Position numbers and translations under genes: made by a program. The notes below the pieces were generated by a model, which was given only the letters and a program-made list of their open reading frames with translations, ran no database searches and was not told the origin of the DNA. DNA of 64,000 bases from Laetmonice hystrix (taxonomy: Eukaryota), in contig OZ249436.1 in assembly GCA_965235115.1 (NCBI GenBank), positions 53,012,001 through 53,076,000 on the forward strand, read 5' to 3'. Every line of letters begins with the position of its first letter. Position 1 is the first letter of the stretch. Shown here piece by piece: positions 12,961-25,161 of this stretch.

Positions 12961-15722
12961 ATGGTTGATGTCCTGACAGTCGATGATTGATGTCCTTGCA
13001 GTCGGTGGTTGATGTCCTTGCAGTCGGTGGTTGATGTCCTGACAGTCGGAGGTTGATGTCCTGACAATCGATGGTTGATGTCCTGACAGTCGGTGGTTGA
13101 CGTCCTGACAGTCGACGGTTGATGTCCTGACAGTCGGTGGTTGATGTCCTGACAGTCGACGGTTGATGTCCTGACAATCGATGGTTGATGTCCTGACAGT
13201 CGGTGGTAGATGTCCTGGCAGTCTGTGGTTGATGTCCTGACAGTCGATGATTGATGTCCTTGCAGTCGATGGTTGATGTCCTTGCAGTCGATGGTTGATG
13301 TCCTGACAGTCGATGGTTGATGTCCTGACAGTCGATGATTGATGTCCTTGCAGTCGATGGTTGATGTCCTTGCAGTCGATGGTTGATGTCCTGACAGTCG
13401 ATGGTTGATGTCCTGACAGTCGGTGGTTGATGTCCTGACAGTCGATGATTGATGTCCTTGCAGTCGATGGTTGATGTCCTTGCAGTCGATGGTTGATGTC
13501 CTGACAGTCGATGGTTGATGTCCTGACAGTCGGTGGTTGATGTCCTGACAGTCGGTGGATGATGTCCTGACAGTCGATGGTTGATGTCCTGACAGTCGAT
13601 GGTTGATGTCCTGACAGTCGGTGGTTGATGTCCTGACAGTCGGTGGTTGATGTCCTGACAGTCGGTGGTTGATGTCCTGACAGTCGATGGTTGATGTCCT
13701 GACAGTCGGTGGTTGATGTCCTGACAGTCGGTGGTTGATGTCCTGACAGTCGGTGGTCGATGTCCTGACAGTCGATGGTTGATGTCCTGACAGTCGGTGG
13801 TTGATGTCCTTGCAGTCGATGGTTGATGTCCTGACAGTCGATGGTTGAAGTCCTGACAGTCTGTGGTTGATGTCCTTGCAGTCGATGGTTAATGTCCTGA
13901 CAGTCGGTGGTTGATGTCCTGACAGTCGGTGGTTGATGTCCTGACAGTCGATGGTTGATGTCCTTGCAGACGATGGTTGATGTCCTGGCAGTCTGTGGTT
14001 GATGTCCTGACAGTCGATGGTTGATGTCCTGACTGTCGATGGTTGATGTCCTGACTGTCGATGGTTGATGTCCTGACAGTCGATGGTTGATGTCCTGACA
14101 GTCGGTGGTTGATGTCCTGACAGTCGATGGTTGATGTCCTTGCAGACGATGGTTGATGTCCTGGCAGTCTGTGGTTGATGTCCTGACAGTCGATGGTTGA
14201 TGTCCTGACTGTCGATGGTTGATGTCCTGACAGTCGATGGTTGATGTCCTGACAGTCGGTGGTTGATATCCTGACAGTCGATGGTTGATTCCTGACAGTC
14301 GGTGGTTGATATCCTGACAGTCGGTGGTTGATGTCCTGACAGTCGATGGTTGATGTCCTGACAGTCGATGGTTGATGTCCTTGCAGACGATGGTTGATGT
14401 CCTGGCAGTCTGTGGTTGATGTCCTGACAGTCGGTGGTTGATGTCCTGACAGTCGATGGTTGATGTCCTGACAGTCGGTGGTTGATGTCCTGACAGTCGG
14501 TGGTTGATGTCCTGACAGTCGATGGTTGATGCCCTGACAGTCGGTGGTTGATGTCCTGACAGTCGATGGTTGATGTCCTGACAGTCGATGGTTGATGCCC
14601 TGACAGTCGGTGGTTGATGTCCTGACAGTCTGTGGTTGATGTCCCGACAGTCTGTGGTTGATGTCCTGACAGTCGGTGGTTGATTTCCTGACAGTCGATG
14701 GTTGATGTCCTGACAGTCGGTGGTTGATGGCCTGACAGTCGGTGGTTGATGTCCTGACAGTCGATGGTTGATGTCCTGACAGTCGATGGTTGATGTCCTG
14801 ACAGTCGATGGTTGATGTTCTGACAGTCGATGATTGATGGCCTGACAGTCGATGGTTGATGTCCTGACAGTCGATGGTTGATGTCCTGACAGTCGATGGT
14901 TGATGTCCTGACAGTCGGTGGTTGATGTCCTGACAGTCGGTGGATGATGTCCTGACAGTCGATGGTTGATGTCCTGACAGTCGATGGTTGATGTCCTGAC
15001 AGTCGATGGTTGATGTCCTGACAGTCGATGGTTGATGTCCTGACAGTCGATGGTTGATGTCCTGACAGTCGGTGGTTGATGTCCTGACAGTCGGTGGATG
15101 ATGTCCTGACAGTCGATGGTTGATGTCCTGACAGTCGGTGGTTGATGTCCTGACAGTCGATGGTTGATGTCCTGACAGTCGGTGGTTGATGTCCTGACAG
15201 TGGATGGTTGATGTCCTTGCAGTCGATGGTTGATGTCCTGACAGTCGACGGTTGATGTCCTGACAGTCGACGGTTGATGTCCTGACAGTCGGTGGTTGAT
15301 GTCCTGACAGTCGATGGTTGATGTCCTGACAGTCGATGATTGATGTCCTGACAGTCGATGATTGATGTCCTGACAGTCGATTATTGATGTCCTTGCAGTC
15401 GATGGTTGATGTCCTGACAGTCGGTGGTTGATGTCCTGACAGTCGGTGGTTGATGTCCTGACAGTCGATGATTGATGTCCTGACAGTCGATGGTTGATGT
15501 CCTGACAGTCGATGGTTGATGTCCTGACAGTCGATGATTGATGTCCTGACAGTCGGTGGTTGATGCCCTGACAGTCGATGGTTGATGTCCTGACAGTCGA
15601 TGGTTCATGTCCTGACAGTCGATGGTTGATGTCCTGACAGTCGGTGGTTGATGTCCTGACAGTCGATGGTTGATGTCCTGACAGTCGATGATTGATGTCC
15701 TGACAGTCGGTGGTTGATGTCC
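12961..15722. repeat. 22-bp satellite/minisatellite array, about 125 copies, consensus TGATGTCCTGACAGTCG(A/G)TGGT
   Basis: Directly visible. The translation repeats every 22 aa, which equals 3 units. Confidence 0.97.
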
Positions 15723-18700
15723 CATATCCCGGTGGTTTATGTTTGACGGCCATTTGACCGACATTTACAGTCGGGGAGCGAAGTGAAGTCACTGGCCTCT
15801 ACGATACGTGATGGCGACACAGCTCTGAAGTAACCTAGTGACATTCTCTCCCGAAAAGATGAGATCAATAATTCACATCCTGAAGGTCTCCTCTATTTGA
15901 CTTTCTCCAAATAGAACTGCTTCTCTGGAACCAAGGTTAGTGCCTACAAGTAGTATAAAAACACAGTGTATACCAAACCCAGTAAAATGTATGCTAGTTG
16001 GGCGCAAAAGAGGCGTATTTTATATCAACGAAACCAGAAAAAAGACTTTTTACAGCATTATACATGTGGAATATCCATGGATATTAAAGGGAATAGAAAA
16101 GTTCAAACTATCAATATAAGGGTGTTCAGCATGAACAAGCTTGTTCTTACCTACAATTCTGTGATTATCTGATCTTTAATAAAGGAATAATCAACCGAAA
16201 TGTAGAGACATTCTCCCGCTGGCTTCGTCTGTTTGTTTACCCTATTTGGCCCTTATCTCAATCCATTAATAGATATAGCTCCTGCTGTCTCGCGTGGGAA
16301 ATAGCGAATGACCCAGGCGGTATTTTTAAAAAGTCGCCGTTGACAGTGTTCCACTTATCGGTGTGACCTTAGACACTGGTGTTCAAAGGTACGTTAGTGA
16401 GGAACTTTTCTATTCCCTTTAATGACATCAAAAACTTTTTACGTTCGACCAACCGGATGCAGTAGCTCAGATCACCACCAACAAGTCACATAATCTCGAA
16501 ATGCGGGTTTATTGTCAGAGGGGGAACCATCGCGCGAGAAGGCTGACCTAGTATAATCACCCACGGCCTGGCTTCACCGGATTGATGGACCGTACAGCTT
16601 TGTTGGTTTGAACACTCAGGGTGGTACTCCGTGCCGATACCAGCGCTTTCACTCGCAATGAGCTGCAGGACATGCACGCTTGCTGGTCCAGCGTTAAGCG
16701 CCTTCCAGTTAGACGGCTCTTCAACCTACTATTTCTCGTGTTCCAACTCAACTTGAAAGTTTAACCCTTTTGAAAAGTCTTATCTTTATTCTCAAAATAG
16801 AAAGGACTTCCTACTTAGCGTAATATGAAAGCACGCCCTCTCGATTTGAAAGTATTCTACCTCCACGTAGAGTGAGTAATTTACACCCGATTGAACAACG
16901 TCCCTCCGGGGAGCGCCTACGACCTTCAGTCTGACCTTGGCGGCCCGACCGAGACATTCTATGGCAAGATGCTCCGCCAACACGCACGGCTTACATTAAG
17001 TTGTACGACAGTTGCCGACTTGTATCAGAAGTACGGTTTGTCACTTACGGAGTTGTGAAGTAGCTTTGCCGCGGGAGAGATCGAGACTGGGTGACTCCAT
17101 GCCTGGGGAAGAGGGACAGTGTTGGGTGGGATTAATGGCGTGTGACCCAAGGTCAGACAGTAAAGGTTACGGAATGGATGATTTATGCTGATTGTCTGCC
17201 GCCGGTCAGCAGCCGCAGGTCGAGCTAACTGCCCCCCAGAGGTCAGTGACAGAACGCTGGTGGAAACTGGCCTAGAGACTATAGCAGGTCGGTCAGTCAG
17301 ACCACAGTCAGAGAGTTGAAGAATTCACAACACGGAACTTGCCCGGGAGCGTTCTCTGACGTTATGGCGTTATCATGATATCGAATGGCGCCAGTTGTGA
17401 GCGTTTTGGGGCTAGATATTTCGGACTGGCCCACGTTAGGCTGCCGGTCTTCTGAGAACCTCCAGATGTGGTGAACTGGAGGCGATATACAGTCATGTCA
17501 GATCGTCCGTCCCTGACATGACAAGTCCGGAGTTCGTTCTTAGTCCACCCGCGAACGACCATGAGATACTGGACAGCTTATGAAGGACCATTACGGGCAG
17601 CCTAAGGGTCCCTAATGTCACGAATACCACACCGCTACAGTACTGTTCATCCTGGTCTGGGTCCGTAGTGGAAATTGTCCCAAATAATATCGTATAAGCC
17701 AGTTACCAACGCCATCAGAACATGCTTCTGTTAAATAAAATACTGACAGTCTATCTTTCATGGAAGCCGCTCTACAACCTCACCACACACCTACTTCACC
17801 CCCCCCCCCTCCTTCCTCCCTGATATGTCGCCATGTCACTGTCGGACGCGCGTCTCTGATTTCCGGAATATCTCCACTTGCTTTAGGCGACGCACGTGTG
17901 GTTGTAATGACGTGTGATGTCACGTCCAGCCCAACACACTGGCTTCTATCCCCAGGGTGTATGCGTAAAACACGCTAAAAGGTCACAGTGTGACGTCGCC
18001 TGCTGCTCGAGAAAGGTCATCTACGGATGGAGACGCCACGCCTCCAGCTGAACATTTCTTCAGCTCGGCGGGTATAGTCTGGCCAGCAACTCGTGTGGAG
18101 GACCAACAGACCCTTCCTTCACCGACTCGGAAATAACCTACAGCCCACATGGTAATGGCTAAAGGTAGGCCTACATGCGGCCATTCTGAAAAAGGCCAAA
18201 AAATATGTTCTATGAACTCGGCGCAAGCAACTCGCCGCGTTAGGGTTGAGCTTGGTCCTGTGTGATAAAACACATATTAGAGTATCAAACAAATATTTTG
18301 TGAGGAACGTTACTTTGAAGACGGTTTATTTCCAGAAGGATTCGTGCAAAGATATCTGCAATGATGTGATTTCTTACTTCGATATATACTACTGTTGATT
18401 TATTTAACACCACTTACCATTGTTGCATTGAGATATTGGAATATTGCGACAATTTCGTTGTGACTTCCGGGTGTTTCAGAAATGGTGATCATTAAATGTG
18501 TCTCATGACCTCAGACGACCACCTAAATTAATTGGGCGGGTGAAATACGAAAGGCCTGCATTTATTTGAGGTTAACCCATTATTTTATTCGTGATATTCT
18601 GCACATTTTCAATAATTCCTTAAGCTGTAGCTACTTCTATCGTGAGAACCATGGGGGAGCTGAATATGTTGAGGGTGTGGGTGCATAACAAAGGGTGCAA

Positions 18701-19260
18701 GAAAGGGAGCAATGGAAAGCCAAGTGCCCACATGTAGATTTCAAACTTATAATAACTTTCGCATGCTATCCCCTCGAAGTCGGATTACTTTTTTTGATAC
18801 GCATTGTAGAGTGGAATACATGATGCAAATTGTGTTATCTGGATATTGGTTTCAAACTCGAGTTTAATATCAATTCTATACAAAGTATGGTTTTCATTTT
18901 ATCGCTATAAGGCCAATGCTAACTCATGTTCATATCGTCGTGTAAAGTTTACCCGAAAGTTTGTGATCACGTCATGGGAAGGCCGACGTTCGCTGAATCA
19001 TGTACGAGGTATAAAAGTTGTACAATTATTGAACGTCGTGTTCAATAATAAATGTAAGCCACAATAATAGAAAAACGACATAACGAGCGACTCGAAAACT
19101 GTGACTGTAAGATCGTTCAAAATGATGTAGTATAATAAAATGGATCTGTTTGCGCTGCTATGATTCACTGACTAACATAATGTGAATAGATTCCTACCAA
19201 ATGATCGGGGCACTTGTAGGCATGGTGGACATTACAAAACATTGCTCGAGCTCCGCCGTT

Positions 19261-19706
19261 GAGCTTTGCCTGGCCCCCAAGGATCTGGGACGATTCCATT
19301 GAGCTTTGCCTGCCCCCCAAGGATCTGGGGCGATTCCATTGAGCTTTGCCTGGCCCCCAAGGATCTGGGACGATTCCACTGAGCTTTGCCTGGCCCCCAA
19401 GGATCTGGGATGATACCATTGAACTTTGCCTGGCCCCCAAGAATCTGGGATGATACCATTGAGCTTTGCCTGGCCCCCAAGGATCTGGGACGATTCCATT
19501 GAGCTTTGCCTGGCCCCCAAGGATCTGGGACGATTCCATTGAGCTTTGCCTGGCCCCCAAGGATCTGGGACGATTCCATTGAGCTTTGCCTGGCCCCCAA
19601 GCCCAAGGATCTGGGATGATACCATTGAGCTTTGCCTGGCCCCCAAGAATCTGGGATGATTCCATTGAGCTTTGCTTGGCCCCCAAGGATTTGGGATGAT
19701 TCCATT
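19261..19706. repeat. 40-bp minisatellite, 11 copies (GAGCTTTGCCTGGCCCCCAAGGATCTGGGAYGATWCCATT), plus 2 more copies at 19841-19920
   Basis: Directly visible. One unit carries a 6-bp GCCCAA insertion. Confidence 0.95.
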
Positions 19707-20005
19707 GAGCCTTTACCCATTAGAACGTCTCCTCGGAGTCCCTCTGGCCTCGCGGCTCCTCTTCCTCATAGAAGAACGTAGATTTCTGGTTGATTCTGTT
19801 GGGAGCGATGTGAATTGTGTCACCAAGGTGACACAATTAGGAGCTTTGCCTGGCCCCCAAGAATCTGGGATGATTCCATTGAGCTTTGCCTGGCCCCCAA
19901 GGATCTGGGATGATTCCATTGAGCCTTTACCCATTAGAACGTCTCCTCGGAGTCCCTCTGGCCTCGCGGCTCCTCTTCCTCATAGAAGAACGTAGATTTC
20001 TGGTT
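19627..20005. repeat. 165-bp direct duplication (19627-19791 and 19841-20005)
   Basis: Two satellite units plus about 85 bp of unique flank are repeated at an offset of 214 bp. Confidence 0.9.
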
Positions 20006-23000
20006 CGCATGATTGTGTATAGAATGAGGTGCTCATAATTCGGGGGGACTTGTAAACAATGGCGGATCCAGCTGACCTGCTCTAACCCACTTCAGGCCGC
20101 AGTAGTCGTCTAAGAAGGATTTAATAAGCGTACAACAGGAGCCTGTTGGTTATGACCCCCTTGAGACCATGACTACTGGCACCGTGTGTGATCTACTGTA
20201 TTAAATGAAATGGCATTACTCTAATGAAATTGTCGATGATTGCATTTTGGCAGACAAATTGTGCATTGACATGATATATGGGTTCTTTCATGGTATGACA
20301 GTTGCACTATAGGCTTGAAACGAATTCGGTCCGACTCAGTAAATGTTGAGAAAGACAGCCAGTGCCATATGGGCAGTGATTTATGTGCTGATTTGAACAT
20401 TCCGAATTCTAAATTCCCCTTAATACAAAATAACATTTTCTATGATGACTATTATGGTGTTTTAAAGCGAGGCCAGAGTTTATCATCGATGTAGGATATA
20501 AACCCCGGAGATAGATTTTGTGATTTTTCAGGACACAGAAAAAAATCCTCATTTTGAAATTATTCTTTCATATGACCTAGATTTTTTGGTGAGAGAAAAC
20601 TATTCGATTTTCAGCAAAGATTGTTATTAGGACCTAAAAACACAGATTTTCTTCCCTCGGAAAAAAAACCTATCATATTATTTGTAGTGCGCTCTCAATG
20701 TTCGCCATGCAGCAGCGGCGAATCGAGTCAGCCTGTAGCGGGGACTAACATATGCACACAGAGCAACGACAAAGGTTTATTTAATCTTCAAAACTGACTC
20801 AACGTTCTCTTCATTGTGCCAGTGAGGTCCATAATCGGCACAGGATGACAAACGGTCACACTCTTATTTAAACCGACATTACATTACCAGCCGAACGCAA
20901 TCTGCCTGAGCCTGCCGTGCAGTCCCCATCATGAAGATCTAACCTCTCCATTGGCATCCATTAGCATACGCTTAGGCGCCACATTTGTGCAGGATTCTGA
21001 ATTCAATCTTATCCTTTCGGACAACACATACTTTTTCTCATCCAATCGAATTATGGCGAACAGAAATTATGGTAAACCGAAGCGTTGAGCGCAGCAGAAA
21101 TAAATCCCAATTGTGCCGCTTGGCGGTGTGCCTGTCTCCGAGTGTTGTCCGTCGGCAAACCTCTATTGATCTACTTCACGGCCATTTCCCCGGGTTTCTC
21201 AACTTTGTGCAAATCTGATGAACAAATATGGGTGGTAAATACAATAATTCTTGTCCTATTGGAATTTCCCGACCGCGACGGGGGGGGGGGGCGAATAGAG
21301 TTGTTGGCAAAAGTCGTACAACTATAGCACCTATACTGTTTATAGGAAGTACATGTATGATATTCAATTACGCTAATTGTTAATGATATAACGGGCCATA
21401 TTTGTTCCTTGAACTACTGAAACATAGATTGCATTTAGTCAGGCGTTATCTCATGTATGGATTAAGGAAATCGGCATTGACACAATAATCAATAATAAAT
21501 ACCAAGCTGTCCACTATTCCAGACAGGTTCTGTCTACAGCACCTTGTTCGAGATAATGTCTCACACACAAAACATTAATTTTACAGGAGAGGAAATTTTA
21601 TGCAAGCCCGGCTCCATAAAGACGGTAGAACGTTAACACTGTGCGTTATTTAATAGGGTGGCTACTGACTCAGAGAGGACGGAAGCGGTTGGGGGGGGGG
21701 GGCACAGGTGCCACGTCTCCCAGCAAAGAAACTGGGGGGGGGGGCAGACTATGCCCCCCCCCACGATTCATGGCTCATTGGGCCTAAAGGGAGGACCGAG
21801 TTCTGTCCATTTTACCCTTGGAACAGGGTATATTTGCCCCCCCCCCAAAAAAAAGAAATTTGCTTCCGGCTTTACTGCATGTGACTATGGTCATATCCAC
21901 AGAGACCCATCCAATCTGGAGGTAATTGGCGATATAGGGCCTAGGCCTAGATACAATAGAAGAAGTATTACCCCCCCCCCTTTCTGGACCACGTCCCCTG
22001 ACCACCTGCCATGTTTATCGCTCAAAAGCTCACCTATTCACGTTTAATTATTACTAAAGTGTCGATCACCTCTACCGGAGGTCCATAGCTCCTGAAAACC
22101 AAGCTGACCCCCCAAAAAACAACTTTTGTAAATCTTGTTTGCATGGAGAAGGGGGCCCGAAGGGGCTTCTCACAGCGACCCGTGACTCACAAAGGGCTGA
22201 GAGTCCCCTGGGGTGAACATTCCAGCTGGATTCCACGGAGGAAATTGTTGTTTCTATGTGCCCTTGTCAAGCTTACAAGAACACCTATATATTTTTAATG
22301 CTGTCACTCTAAATAGAAGTAGGTCTATTATAATTTTCGGTGTTTTCGTCCTTCAATTACGACGACACGTTCTCTAAAGCATGCCCACGACAGCGAGTTG
22401 TCTATCCTAATATAGGCAGCTAAGGAGTTAGTGACTGAGCTATCACACCGATGAATACATACAGGAGGAAGCGATCAAGAAAACGACCTTACAGTGTAAT
22501 CGCCTATTGTGTTTCCTCGTGCCACTACGGCCCCGGAACCATCCATCTTCTACCGTCACTGACAAACCTGTAGTCTGCGCTCCCTTGAGACGCATCTGGT
22601 TGGGAGAAAAGTTGGCAGATATGAATGTTAATTGTTGCTTCAAGAGGTGCCAGCGACGGGTAGTGGGGCTGAAAGGACCTTTGGAGACATGCAGTCTTCG
22701 CCTTCAATTCACTCATTCAGTGTAGACCCGACTGCTATATGCAGTGTGTGCAGGTCAGAAATAATCTAATACAAGTCAGGCGATGGAGGCGACATTCAGT
22801 AATCCCATGGGGAGTTCATAATAAAGGCTGTGCCGGCTCGTTTTTCCCCTTATTCTTTTTTCCAAATTCAGCTTTTACATTTACCCTGCAACATAGGGTG
22901 AGGCGTGCTATAACCCCAGGGCTCTGTAATGCAGACTGTGATGTCTTCAAGGCGAGTTTTCTTTGAACAGTGAGCACCGTTGGTACGAGGTTGTCTCCTG

Positions 23001-23369
23001 TGATGAAGTAGAATCAGAGATGAGACTCTTTGTTCACCTCAGAGCCAGTTATCCTGAGTCTATACGTTTTTCAGAGATGACACAGCCGTCCAAGGGTTAA
23101 GCTACAATACCTGTTAATCATACTTTGTTCAAAGTAAAGTGAGACAGGCACTTCTCCAAATTGGTAACCAGCCAAACATCAGACTGTGGTTCCCATTGCT
23201 TACAACCAGACGATTGTAGGACAATTACCTTTTAAGTGACAACCCTGTAGGACCTACATGGATCTATGTTTTCTCCTTTTATCAGCCAGGAACTGTTGCA
23301 GTGGGAACTTGGAGGAGTAAGGTCCGATTTCATCCATTGCCGGTTCCATGTAAAAAAAGATCTATAGTG

Positions 23370-23437
23370 CTGACTGACTGACTGACTGACTGACTGTCTG
23401 ACTGCATGACTGACTGACTGACTGACTGACTGACTGA
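23370..23437. repeat. (CTGA)n microsatellite
   Basis: About 17 imperfect tetranucleotide units. Confidence 0.95.
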
Positions 23438-24158
23438 TAAAGTATAAGGCCATTCGGTATCGGTCGTTCAAGCTCGTAGGCCATACCGAAATGCCCAGAT
23501 AAGGTGCCCATGTCTCTGGTATCGTAGACAACTGCTAAAAACCACCATGACGGCTTCACGGGATTCTAAATATGCGAAAAGTGGCCTATACTCGTGGTCG
23601 TGGCTTAAACCAGCGCCAAATATAGGCCCATACGTATCGTACAGCTGATATAGGTAGGCCTAAAGTCCCTCTCGCAACCCCCCCCCCCCCCCATGGTTTT
23701 GTGGGTAAAGAATTGTGCTTTCTCTGAAGCGGGTTGCGGCAGCTGACAGGTGTGTTTGAACAGTGGCCGGCTGCCAGTGGAATACTGTATTTTTCTCGTA
23801 ACTGTTGTAGTTTTACACCCCGTACGGTCGACATCCAAGAGAGCCACACCCATGCAGAGTTATGCGACTAATTGTTCGGTTCTTTGGAGGAGTGTAGCGT
23901 TTATCTCTCGAGGGAATCGAACGTTCGACGCCCGTGAAGACATAAAAGAGAAAACCAAGATCTAGCTGTTCTAAAATGTCGGGGGTAGGCCTAATTGTCG
24001 ACATGGTATTTACCAAAGGGATTCAGAAAGGATAGGTGCTCTCACTCTCTCAATCAATATGGATTATCCTGTTGTAGCCTATACATAGGGCTCAGGGACC
24101 GCTCATATAAAAGGGGCGTGTTTTGCGCAGTCTGAACAACCCACGACAAAATGTACTT

Positions 24159-24365
24159 GGCGGATCAGGGCCGGGGTGTGTGCAAGGGGTGCGCGCACCC
24201 CTCCCCCCTCCGGATTTTCGAAGATAGTTACAGTCTATAGCGCAATGCAGTGCCAGCATTTGCCTCAGGCTGTACAATTTATAGGCCTACAGTTGGTCAA
24301 ACTACGGATGCCCCCCCCCCCCCCCAAAGTGGGGAAGATGACATTCCTGCATGGATCCGCCCCTG
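24159..24365. mobile_element. Degenerate GC-rich MITE (GGCGGATC...GGATCCGCCCCTG ends, poly-C tracts)
   Basis: Partial terminal inverted repeats. Similar poly-G/C elements occur at about 21690-21870, 34170-34450 and 58379-58628. Confidence 0.45.
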
Positions 24366-25161
24366 CATGTGTAGATCTATAGATCTAGGTTAGGGCCTAT
24401 AGCCTAGGTAGGCTACGTTACAAGGATTCTTTTCAAGGGGGTGCAGTCGTCATAATATAAAGTAGGCCTATATCTAAAGCGATAAGTAGCCTAAGCGATA
24501 GCATTTTGACGTTTGATAGATGTAAAGTTTTGTTAATTCTCTTTGTTAATTAATTCATTTAATTATCATAGATTTTTGCTTGGGGCAGGATGGGTACAGT
24601 AGAAACATTAATTTCACGCTACTGTTGCTGGTTTCAGAGTTTGGTGTCCTCTTATTCTTGGAGTAATAAAAGTTGCGACAGGTGTATAACTTTTATGACC
24701 TTTGGAAGTTAAGTGGCCCATCCTGCTCCTAGTTCCCCTAAGCGCCCCAAAACCACTGACAAACGCAAGTGTAGGCCTATAGGCCTACACACACCCGTTG
24801 TGTCAACGTATCTAGGGCTAGGCCTACACTCCCCAGACCTAGCTTAGCTCTACGGTAGACCCGGCATTTGATTTCGCCTAAAAATGTATCATAGAGTTCA
24901 GTCCCCAGCTTAAGGCTTGGGGTTAGCTAAGGGCCCTAGAAAAAAAATTGCTACTGCTACATGTCATCATAGACGTAAAGGGCCTTTACGTCTATGATGT
25001 CATGCAGTTCAGTTCACGGATGGCCGCATGAAAACTGCGCACCACTGCACGGCGCTGCGATCAGGGTAGTGACCTCTGTTGGAAAGATCAGGCAATATGA
25101 AGCGACCTCTGTCGGGCAAAGTACACACTCCCACACAGAACGACGGTATCCAGAAGCAGAG

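Noticed and set aside
12961..15722. CRISPR array
   Set aside because: Contiguous tandem units with no unique spacers, no cas genes and a eukaryotic context.
12658..15792. 1044-aa minus-strand ORF as a real protein
   Set aside because: It arises from a 22-bp repeat (not a multiple of 3) lacking stops on that strand, begins at GTG, and its translation simply cycles through the three frames.
16792..16983. Cystatin-like motif (VVQSGVNYSLYVEV)
   Set aside because: Does not match QxVxG exactly and I found no supporting flanking exons.
19165..19720. Three overlapping 150-173 aa minus-strand ORFs
   Set aside because: All are products of the 40-bp minisatellite.
24994..25161. 56-aa in-frame N-terminal extension of GDE1
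   Set aside because: No resemblance to GDE1, and the ATG at 25162 gives a typical-length protein. Cannot be fully excluded without start-site data.
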